This document shows, one piece after another, positions 7,746 to 15,668 of a stretch of DNA of 64,000 bases. Position 1 is the first letter of the stretch, and the number at the start of each line of letters is the position of its first letter. A program made the position numbers and the translations under genes. Where the stretch lies: NCBI GenBank assembly GCA_963805705.1, contig CAWDVH010000001.1:2829198-2893197 (forward strand), given 5' to 3'. This DNA is from an uncultured Actinomycetota bacterium (GTDB lineage: Bacteria > Actinomycetota > Actinomycetes > Streptosporangiales > Streptosporangiaceae). The notes beneath the pieces are model-generated. The model ran no database searches and was not told the origin of the DNA. It saw only the letters and a list, made by a program, of their open reading frames with translations.

Positions 7746-10259
7746 TCATCGTGCGCCGGGCAGCTTCCGGGGTGGGCTCGTCAAACGGGCTGGGCTCCCC
7801 GGTAGGCAGCGACGGCCCGTCCTTGCGCAGTTGCGGCGCCAGGTTGGCCTGGCGAATCCGCCGCGGCAGGCCCAGCCCACCTGGCTCAGCCGGCGGGGGC
7901 CCTGGGTCCGGGGCGGGGGCCGGCGGCGCATTCCAGTCCTGCCGGGCGGGCTCGCTGGTGAAAGCGGGGGAGCTGGGGAAGGCGGGCTCGCTGGTGAAGT
8001 CGGGGAATTGGAATTGGGGAAGGCGGGCTCGCTGGTGAAAGCGGGAGAGCTGGGGAAGTCGAACGGGCTGGGCGACGACTCGACGATGCTCGGCGCCGTG
8101 CCATTGGCGGGCAGCCACTCAACAGGGAAGTCAGGTATCGGGGTCCCAGTGCCGTTGCGCCCGCGGTCGTTCCCGCCGGCGGGCAGCTCTGCGGCAGTGC
8201 GCGACGTACCGTCCTCAGACGCTGGCTCAGGCAGCCGCATCGGGCCGAACTGGTCGTTGTCGCCCTGGCTCAGGGCGGCGTGACGGCCAGTGAGCCGGAT
8301 CGCGCGCTCACGGGCGGCCGCATCGGAGGATTCGATGGCATCGGCCTCGCCGTTGACTATCAGGGCGCCAGGGATCAGCACGATGGCGGTCGTGCCGCCG
8401 TAGGCGGATGGGCGGAGGGTAATCTGGATATCGTGCCGCTGGGCCAGCTGCCCGGCGATGAACAGGCCCAGCCGGTCACTTCCGGACAAGTCGAATTGGG
8501 GCGGGCTGGCGAGATTGGCATTAATCTCGTTCAGTCTCTCGGTCGTGATGCCGAGCCCTCTGTCTTCAATCTCGATGGCAAATCCCCGGCCCACCATGTC
8601 GCCCAGGATCCGGACCGGCGTATTGGGCGGAGAGAAAATAGTGGCGTTCTCCGCCAGCTCGGCGATCAGGTGGATGACGTCAGCGACCGCAGGGCCGGCC
8701 AGCGCCGCCTGCGAGCGTGAAACGACCCGGATCCGCGTGTAGTCCTCGACCTCTGCTACCGCCGCGCGGAGGACGTCGACGATCGGCACGGGATTACGCC
8801 AGCCGCGGCCCGGTGACTCACCGGACAGGATGATCAGGCCCTCGGCGTGCCTGCGCATGCGGGTGGTGAGATGGTCGATCCGGAAGAGATCCTCAAGTTC
8901 CTCCGGCCCGCTGGCGCGGCGTTCCATACCGTCCAGCAGGGCCAGCTGGCGGTGCAGCAGCGACTGGCTGCGCCGGGCCAGGTTACGGAACACATCGCTA
9001 ATGCCGCGGCGCAGCATGGCCTCGTCCACCGCGGACTCGATGGCGGTTCGCTGCACCGCGTTGAAGGCATCCCTGACCTGCCCGATCTCGTCAGAGCTCG
9101 ATTCCAGCGGCGGCACCTCGGAGGAGACATCGACATCCTCGCCCGCGCGCAGCCGCTCCACCACGCCCGGCAGCCGGTCGTTGGCCAGGTCCAGTGCCGC
9201 TTCCCGCAGCGCGGCCAGCGGGCGGATCAGGCTGCGGCCGATCACGATCGAAAAGACGATAGACACGATAATCGCCAGCAGCCCCAGGCCGCCGACCAGG
9301 ATGAGCTGCAGGTAGATGCGGTGGGCCTGGGCCTCGGCCCCTCCTGTCAGCACGTTCGTCGCTTTCAGGAGGGCCTTCGTCTGCCCGGCTCCGTAGGCGG
9401 TGGCTACCGCCTTCAAGGTGATGGGGTCAACGGGCGCGATGAAGTGGGTGGTCTTGGTGGCAGCACTGGGCTTGGTGGCGATCACCTTGTTCTCAAGCGC
9501 CGTGAAGGCGGCCGTCGTCGTTGGCTTGACGTCAGCGCGCCACTCGGCCAGGAGCTCCGGATTCAGCTGGGGCACGCTGTTGGTGATCAGCAGCCGCCTG
9601 CCTGCCGCAAGGGCGGCGAACTCCCGCCGGTCAGAGGCCGGGAAGGACTGCGCGGTCAGGTCGCTGGCCAGCAGGTCGGTCTCCTCCTGGATCGTCTGGT
9701 CCGCCTGATCCAGGTAGGTGACGGCGAGGGCCTGGACCGTCAAGGGGACATTGGACTGCTGCTCGACGGCCCCGTCGATGACCTGGAATCCGGAGTCGGT
9801 GATGGCGCTGTAGGCGTTCAGCGCCGCCGCCCTGCTGATCGTGTGGTTCTGAATCTTGGCGCGCAGCGCGGGCAGCCCGGCCGCGCCGCTGCGCATGTCA
9901 TTGATCGCCCCCTTGAGCAGCGGCGACGCGTCCTTGGTGATGGCCGTCGACCCGGTCGTAGCCTCCCAGGCCTGCAGCAGCTTGTCGGTCTTGGCCTCCT
10001 GGACGAGAAGCGCCGAGTGCAGGGTCGGGAGGGGGGCGGCGAGGTACAGCAGCGCATCCCCTCGTTCGACGTTGAGCTGCGTCTGGAGGGCGGTGGTCGG
10101 TGCCGCGGCGACGTTCTTGACGGTATGGGCCCGGTTCAGCTCGAGCGCGTTCCCGACGATGGTGTACGCCGTGAACGCGTATAGCCCCATCATGGCGAGG
10201 ATGGGGATGATGACCAGGAGGAAGACCCTCAAGCGTATGGACCGGTGACGCAAACCCAT
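7746..10259 (-). CDS. cvnA: Conservon sensor histidine kinase-like protein CvnA (TM, HAMP-like, HATPase_c, Pro-rich tail)
   Basis: Likely start MGLRHRSIRLRVFLLVIIPILA at 10259. An HATPase_c region is present (ATIFSPPNTPV...GRGFAIEIEDRGLGI). The C-terminal tail is repetitive, and its last ~65 aa look out of frame (see findings). Confidence 0.8.
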   Translation of the reverse strand: MGLRHRSIRLRVFLLVIIPILAMMGLYAFTAYTIVGNALELNRAHTVKNVAAAPTTALQTQLNVERGDALLYLAAPLPTLHSALLVQEAKTDKLLQAWEATTGSTAITKDASPLLKGAINDMRSGAAGLPALRAKIQNHTISRAAALNAYSAITDSGFQVIDGAVEQQSNVPLTVQALAVTYLDQADQTIQEETDLLASDLTAQSFPASDRREFAALAAGRRLLITNSVPQLNPELLAEWRADVKPTTTAAFTALENKVIATKPSAATKTTHFIAPVDPITLKAVATAYGAGQTKALLKATNVLTGGAEAQAHRIYLQLILVGGLGLLAIIVSIVFSIVIGRSLIRPLAALREAALDLANDRLPGVVERLRAGEDVDVSSEVPPLESSSDEIGQVRDAFNAVQRTAIESAVDEAMLRRGISDVFRNLARRSQSLLHRQLALLDGMERRASGPEELEDLFRIDHLTTRMRRHAEGLIILSGESPGRGWRNPVPIVDVLRAAVAEVEDYTRIRVVSRSQAALAGPAVADVIHLIAELAENATIFSPPNTPVRILGDMVGRGFAIEIEDRGLGITTERLNEINANLASPPQFDLSGSDRLGLFIAGQLAQRHDIQITLRPSAYGGTTAIVLIPGALIVNGEADAIESSDAAARERAIRLTGRHAALSQGDNDQFGPMRLPEPASEDGTSRTAAELPAGGNDRGRNGTGTPIPDFPVEWLPANGTAPSIVESSPSPFDFPSSPAFTSEPAFPNSNSPTSPASPPSPAPPLSPASPPGRTGMRRRPPPRTQGPRRLSQVGWACRGGFARPTWRRNCARTGRRCLPGSPARLTSPPRKLPGAR

Positions 10260-10382
10260 GACTGTGGCCTCGGTGTGAGAAGTGACCGGCGGATCGAGAA
10301 GATGTCCGGGAGGTTTACAGGTGAGAAGATATGGGACTCTAACACCCGATTGCCTGAGATCACTTGCGAAACTGGCATACAC

Positions 10383-10906
10383 AGTGCAAACATTTTGGTA
10401 ACAAAGTGGGTATTATATCATCATTTTTACGGTTACGCGCGTGCTCGGTGGGGCAGCGGCCGCTGGGCCGTCCTGGCTCGTCCCCGAAACCCCCTGGGGG
10501 TACGTCCGCCCTCCCGGCTGGCCCGTCGGTGACGTCTCCGGTCCGAGCCCGTGCCATCGGCCGGGCTGGCGGCGTCGGCCCCTGGGTGGGTCGGGCCGGG
10601 CTCATCAGTGGTGCCATCCCTGAGTGGTGCCGGGCCTGCTGAGCGGCGCCGGCCCTGATTGGCCGCTGCGGGCCTGGCGACATGACAAGAACGTCAGTTA
10701 AATCGATTTGCGCACCGTAACGAATATGCAACACGCCGACGGAGTCGGGTCGCGCGCTCGCATAATAGGATCCGCTCATCATGGCGAACGAATCCGCAGT
10801 TCAATGACGGAAAGGCGACGCACGCGTCAGATGACGCTCGTGTCATTGTTTGCATTCATATGAAGACTGTGCAGAAATAGGGACCGTGGCGCGCGACGGG
10901 ACGCGA
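10383..10906. promoter_or_regulatory. AT-rich divergent intergenic region between cvnA (minus) and hpnC (plus); probable promoter/regulatory region
   Basis: A 0.5-kb stretch with visibly lower GC (e.g. ttttggtaacaaagtgggtattatatcatcatttttacgg) and no credible ORF, flanked by divergently transcribed operons. Confidence 0.4.
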
Positions 10907-11770
10907 ATGACCGAAGAGCCCCGGCGGGGGATCGGCGGCGATACAGCCGCGGCTGACGCGATGGCGGCCAGGGCCGGCGGTGAGAATTTCCCGGTGGCGC
11001 TTCGGCTGCTGCCAGCACGCCGCCGGCGGCAGCTGATGGCTGTCTACGGGTTCGCTAGGACGACGGACGACATCGGTGATCTCGCGCCGCCGGAGGACAG
11101 ACTGCGCTTGCTGGACGAGCTGGAAGCTGATCTTGGCCGGCTGCGCGACGGCTCGGCGAAGCGCGCCGAGGTCCGCGCGCTGGGCCCGGTCGTGGCCGAG
11201 TGCGCGATCCCCCTGCAGCCTTTCGCCGACCTGATCCAGGCGAACCGGCAGGATCAGGTCGTCTCCCGCTATCAGACATTCGAGGATCTGCTCGGCTACT
11301 GCAAGCTCTCCGCCAACCCGGTCGGGCACATCGTCCTGCACATCTTCGGGGCGTTCGGCCCGCGTCGCGCCGAGCTGTCTGATCACGTGTGCACGGCGCT
11401 GCAGCTCGCCGAGCACTGGCAGGACGTTGCCGAGGATCTGCGCGCTGGCCGGGTGTACCTGCCGCGAGAGGACATGGACCATTTCGGCTGCTCGGAGGCT
11501 GACCTGCAGGCGGCCAGGTCCGCGCCGCAGCTGCGCGAGCTGATCGCATTCGAGGTCGGCCGGGCCGGGGCGACGCTCGATGCCGGAGCGCCGCTGGTCG
11601 GCACGCTGCGCGGTACCGCCCGCGCCGCAGTGGCCGGATTCGTGGCCGGAGGGCGAGCCGCGCTGGCCGCGATCGCGGCCGCCGATCATGAGGTGCTGGC
11701 CGGGCCGCCGCGCCCGCGCAAGCGCCGGGTGGCGGCTGAGCTCCTGCGTGCCGTGGCGACGGGGCGGTGA
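10907..11770 (+). CDS. hpnC: Hydroxysqualene/squalene synthase HpnC (squalene/phytoene synthase family)
   Basis: ENFPVALRLLP..RR.LMAVYGFARTTDDIGD and YCKLSANPVG motifs. The start is chosen at ATG 10907 (MTEEPRR); the ORF opens at 10850. Confidence 0.8.
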   Translation: MTEEPRRGIGGDTAAADAMAARAGGENFPVALRLLPARRRRQLMAVYGFARTTDDIGDLAPPEDRLRLLDELEADLGRLRDGSAKRAEVRALGPVVAECAIPLQPFADLIQANRQDQVVSRYQTFEDLLGYCKLSANPVGHIVLHIFGAFGPRRAELSDHVCTALQLAEHWQDVAEDLRAGRVYLPREDMDHFGCSEADLQAARSAPQLRELIAFEVGRAGATLDAGAPLVGTLRGTARAAVAGFVAGGRAALAAIAAADHEVLAGPPRPRKRRVAAELLRAVATGR

Positions 11771-11777
11771 TGCCGTG

Positions 11778-12842
11778 ATGGTACGGGCACCAGGAGCCAC
11801 GGACACCGAGGCCGCGTACCGGCACTGCGAGCAGGTGACCAGGACGCAGGCAAGAAACTTCTCCTACGGCATCGCCCTGCTGCCCGGCGATAAGCGCCGG
11901 GCCCTTTCCGCCGTCTACGCGCTCGCGCGCCGGGTCGATGACATCGGCGACGGCACGCTGCCGCCCGCCGACAAGCTCGCCGCGCTCGCGGATGCCCGCA
12001 GGCAGGTGGCCGCGGTCGCCGGACACGGCGCTGCGGCAGCGGCGGGTGATCCCGTTCTCGTGGCGCTCGCGGATGCGGCGGGCCGGTTCTCGATCCCGCT
12101 CGGCGCCTTCGGCGAGCTGATCGACGGCTGTGAGGCAGATGTGCGCGGGGTCGCGTACCCGACATTCGGCGAGCTTGAGCATTACTGCAGATGCGTGGCC
12201 GGCTCCATCGGGCGGCTGTCGCTCGGCGTATTCGGCACCAGTGACATGGCCGCTGCCGCGCCCCTGGCCGACGACCTCGGGGTCGCGCTGCAGCTGACCA
12301 ACATCCTGCGCGACATCCGCGAGGACCTCGGCAATGGCCGGGTCTATCTGCCGGCGGAAGATCAGGAGCGATTCGGCTGCTCGCTGTCGGCCCAGCGCCC
12401 GGACGACCTGCCCGGCGTGGCCGGGCTTGATCAGCTGGTGCTGTTCGAAGCGCAGCGGGCCCGGCGGTGGTACGCCACCGGCATGCGCCTGATGCCGCTG
12501 CTCGACCGGCGCAGCGCCGCCTCGGCTGGCGCTATGGCTGGCATCTACCTGCGGCTGCTCGAGCACATCTCGGCGGCGCCCGGTGCCGCCCTTCGCCGCA
12601 GGCTCTCGCTGTCTACCAGGGAGAAGGCGCTCGTAGCGGCCAGGTCACTGGCCGGGATGGCCCGTGCTCGCCCGGCTAGCCAGGCCGGGCGGGAGCCGGC
12701 CCGGCCGAACCCGATACGTCGGCGCCCGCTCCGGGAGGCCGCCCGTGACCACTCGCCACGTGGTAGTCATCGGGGGAGGGCTCGCCGGGATCACCGCCGC
12801 CATCGAGCTGCGCGAGGCGGGAATCGAGGTGACCCTGCTTGA
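11778..12842 (+). CDS. hpnD: Presqualene diphosphate synthase HpnD (squalene/phytoene synthase family)
   Basis: RNFSYGIALLP..KRRALSAVYALARRVDDIGDG and YCRCVAGSIG motifs. The ATG at 11778 lies 8 nt after the hpnC stop. The Arg-rich tail read past about 12690 is probably not real, so the 3' end is uncertain. Confidence 0.75.
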   Translation: MVRAPGATDTEAAYRHCEQVTRTQARNFSYGIALLPGDKRRALSAVYALARRVDDIGDGTLPPADKLAALADARRQVAAVAGHGAAAAAGDPVLVALADAAGRFSIPLGAFGELIDGCEADVRGVAYPTFGELEHYCRCVAGSIGRLSLGVFGTSDMAAAAPLADDLGVALQLTNILRDIREDLGNGRVYLPAEDQERFGCSLSAQRPDDLPGVAGLDQLVLFEAQRARRWYATGMRLMPLLDRRSAASAGAMAGIYLRLLEHISAAPGAALRRRLSLSTREKALVAARSLAGMARARPASQAGREPARPNPIRRRPLREAARDHSPRGSHRGRARRDHRRHRAARGGNRGDPA

Positions 12843-14451
12843 GCCCAGGCCGTGGCTCGGCGGCGCGACCTGCTCGTTTTCTCGCGGCGGCCTGGCGATC
12901 GATAACGGACAGCACGTGTTCCTGCGCTGCTGCTCTGCCTACCGGGAGCTGCTCGCCAGGCTGGGCGTGACCGGCTCGGTAGCGCTCCAGGACCGCTTCG
13001 ATGTCACCGTACTGGCTCCCGGCCGCCGGGCCAGGCTGCGGCGGAGCGGGCTGCCGGCCCCGCTGCACATGGCCAGAGCGCTGGCTGGGTACTCCTTTCT
13101 CTCGCCCTGGGACCGGCTTCGGGTGGCTCGCGCCGCGCTCGCCATGCGATTCGCCAACCCGGCCCGGCCCGGACTGGACATCCCCCGCCTCGGCGACTGG
13201 CTGAGCGCCCGCGGCCAGCGCGAGGGCGCGCGACGGCGGCTCTGGGACCTGTTCATCGTCTCCACGCTGAACATTGCCGGTGACGAGGCCAATGTGGGTC
13301 TCGCCGCCACGGTTATCAGGACGGCGCTGCTGGGGCGCAAGGACGCCGCGGACATTGGCGTGCCCACGGCGCCGCTCGGTGAGCTGCATGGCCAGGCGGC
13401 CGCGAGCCTGCTGCACCGGCTCGGCGTGGATGTCCGGCTGGGAGCCAAGGTCACGGCAGTCGAGCCGGACTCCGCTGGCGGGTTTCGCGTGCGGGCTATC
13501 TCCGGTGCTGACGGCAGCGACCCGCGGCTGACTATGGAACCGGCCCTGAGCGATGCCGGACCCGGCGCGGCGGCGGCCGGCCGTAACGGCACGACGGCGG
13601 ACACGGGGGGCCGGGTGATCCGCGCCGACGGCGTGGTCCTGGCCGTGCCCGCGCGGGCCGCGGCGCGGCTCGTGCCGTCGGCAGCCTCCGCGACGGCTGC
13701 GCAGTGGGCCGAGCTGGGAACATCACCGATCGTCAACGTGCACGTCATCTACGACCGGCGGGTGACCAGGCTGCCTTTCGCCGCTGCCGTGGATTCGCCG
13801 GTTCAGTGGGTATTCGACAAGACGCGGCAGGCCGGAGTGGCCGCCGGCCAGTATCTGGCTGTCTCACTGTCCGCGGCGGACGACTACGTGGACGTGCCGG
13901 CGGCCAGCCTGCGGGAGAAGTTCCTGCCCGCGCTGGCGGAATTGTTCCCGGCGGCGCGAGATGCCAGCGTCACTGATTTCTTCGTCACCAGAGAGCGCCG
14001 GGCGACATTCCGCCAGGCGCCGGGGTGCGGCGCCGTGCGGCCGGGCGCACGCACCTCGCTGCGCGGGCTCGTACTGGCCGGCGCATGGACCGATACCGGC
14101 TGGCCGGACACGATGGAGGGGGCCGTGCGGAGCGGACTGACCGCGGCACAGGAAATGAGGCACGCTCTGGCGGCGCAGCCGCCAGAGGTGGTGGCGAGCG
14201 TCAGCGCGCCGGACCAGGCGGCGAGCGCGGGTGGTGACCCGCCGGGCGCCAGCGTGGCGGGCGCTGACGTGGCGGGTGTCAGCGCGTCGGCCGGCAGTGT
14301 CCCGGGCGACGTGCCGGGTGCCGACGTGCCCGGTGCCGACATGCCCGGTGCCGACATGCCGGGTGCCGACGTGCCGGGTGCCGACGTGCCGGGCGTCAGC
14401 GCGCCGGACCAGGCGGCGAGCGCCGGGGCGCCAGCTGGGGCATCGTCGTGA
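12745..14451 (+). CDS. hpnE: Squalene-associated FAD-dependent desaturase HpnE, with a ~100-aa low-complexity C-terminal tail
   Basis: GTG start at 12745, 6 nt after GGGAGG. Rossmann motif VVVIGGGLAGITAA and amine-oxidase-like body. The C-terminus carries (VPGAD)x6 encoded by 15-nt tandem repeats. Confidence 0.8.
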   Translation: MTTRHVVVIGGGLAGITAAIELREAGIEVTLLEPRPWLGGATCSFSRGGLAIDNGQHVFLRCCSAYRELLARLGVTGSVALQDRFDVTVLAPGRRARLRRSGLPAPLHMARALAGYSFLSPWDRLRVARAALAMRFANPARPGLDIPRLGDWLSARGQREGARRRLWDLFIVSTLNIAGDEANVGLAATVIRTALLGRKDAADIGVPTAPLGELHGQAAASLLHRLGVDVRLGAKVTAVEPDSAGGFRVRAISGADGSDPRLTMEPALSDAGPGAAAAGRNGTTADTGGRVIRADGVVLAVPARAAARLVPSAASATAAQWAELGTSPIVNVHVIYDRRVTRLPFAAAVDSPVQWVFDKTRQAGVAAGQYLAVSLSAADDYVDVPAASLREKFLPALAELFPAARDASVTDFFVTRERRATFRQAPGCGAVRPGARTSLRGLVLAGAWTDTGWPDTMEGAVRSGLTAAQEMRHALAAQPPEVVASVSAPDQAASAGGDPPGASVAGADVAGVSASAGSVPGDVPGADVPGADMPGADMPGADVPGADVPGVSAPDQAASAGAPAGASS

Positions 14452-15476
14452 CCGCGACCATGCCGGCGGGCGTCGAGATCGCTCGTGACCTGGTCGGGCC
14501 GGCCATCGCCGGGTGGGTGGACCGGCTGAGCCCAGACGTCAGGATCGTCGCCGCCTATCACCTCGGCCTGGCCGGTTCCACTGACCGGCCGGCCGGCACG
14601 GGCAGCACTGGCGGCAGCGGGAAGGCGCTGCGCCCGGCGCTGGCCCTGCTATCGGCTCGTGCGGCCGGCGCCGCGCCGGAGCGGGGGGTAGCGGCGGCCG
14701 CGGCCGTGGAGTTCGTGCATAACTTCTCGCTCCTGCACGACGACATCATGGATGGCGACACCGAGCGCAGGCACCGGCCCACTGCGTGGACGGTGTTCGG
14801 CGTCGGGGCGGCCATCCTGGCCGGCGATGCCCTGCTCGCCCTCGCTCACGACATCCTGCTGGAGGACCCGGCACCGCAGTCCGTCTGGGCGTCCCGCTGC
14901 CTGTCCGCCGCCGTGCAGCGCCTGATCGCCGGGCAGGGCGCTGACCTGGCGTTTGAGCAGCGCAATGACGTGACACTGGTCGAGTGCCTGGAAATGGCCG
15001 GGGACAAGACCGCCGCCCTGATGGCATGTGCCTGCAGCATCGGCGCGATCCACGTCGGGGCGCCCGCTGACCTGGCCATGGGCCTGGCTGGCTTTGGCGC
15101 GCATGCCGGGCTGGCCTTCCAGCTCACCGACGACCTGCTGGGCATCTGGGGCACGCCGGCGGTGACCGGCAAGCCGGTCCGCTCCGACCTGCGGGCGAAA
15201 AAGAAGTCGCTGCCGGTGGTGGCCGCGCTGACCAGCGGAAACCAGGCAGGCAGCGACCTCACCGAGCTGCTGGAGTCAACAGAGCCGCTCAGCGAGGAGG
15301 ACCTGCTGCGGGCGGCTGAGCTGGTCGAGGCGTCGGGTGGCCGGGAGTGGGCCGAGGCCGAGGCCGACGCGCAGCTGGCCTCGGCCTCCAAGTGCCTGGC
15401 CGAGACGGACATGCCCGAAGACATCCGCGGGCAGTTCGCCGGGATCGCCGAATTCATCACGGCGCGGCAGTGGTGA
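14448..15476 (+). CDS. Polyprenyl diphosphate synthase (FPP/GGPP synthase of the hopanoid cluster)
   Basis: The first and second Asp-rich motifs are LLHDDIMDGD and FQLTDDLLG. The start overlaps the hpnE stop (GTGA). Confidence 0.85.
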   Translation: MTATMPAGVEIARDLVGPAIAGWVDRLSPDVRIVAAYHLGLAGSTDRPAGTGSTGGSGKALRPALALLSARAAGAAPERGVAAAAAVEFVHNFSLLHDDIMDGDTERRHRPTAWTVFGVGAAILAGDALLALAHDILLEDPAPQSVWASRCLSAAVQRLIAGQGADLAFEQRNDVTLVECLEMAGDKTAALMACACSIGAIHVGAPADLAMGLAGFGAHAGLAFQLTDDLLGIWGTPAVTGKPVRSDLRAKKKSLPVVAALTSGNQAGSDLTELLESTEPLSEEDLLRAAELVEASGGREWAEAEADAQLASASKCLAETDMPEDIRGQFAGIAEFITARQW

Positions 15477-15668
15477 CGTCATGGCCATGACGCGAGCCGG
15501 CGCGGCCGGCCGGCCTGGACAGCCGGCCGGGCGGCGGTCGGCCAGGCCACGGCAGGCCAGGCCACGGCCGGGCTGGCGCGGGCTGCGCTGAACCGGGCCA
15601 CGGGCCACCTGGTCGGGCTGCAGGACGAGCAGGGCTGGTGGAAGGGCGAGCTGGAGACCAACGTCACG

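Noticed and set aside
8847-10184. 445-aa ORF on the plus strand inside cvnA
   Set aside because: It is antisense to a well-supported histidine-kinase gene. Its composition is Gly/Arg/Pro-rich, typical of shadow ORFs in 70% GC DNA, and it has no domain signature.
11055-12566. 503-aa minus-strand ORF across hpnC/hpnD
   Set aside because: It is antisense to two conserved synthase genes, with an Arg/Pro-rich low-complexity translation. It is a GC-skew artefact.
14281-14400. Possible CRISPR array (regular 15-nt repeats)
   Set aside because: The units are contiguous with no spacers and lie in frame inside hpnE, where they encode (VPGAD)n. The same reasoning applies to the other tandem repeats (16795-16870, 17815-17885, 30400-30494, 62690-62830). 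No CRISPR array is present.
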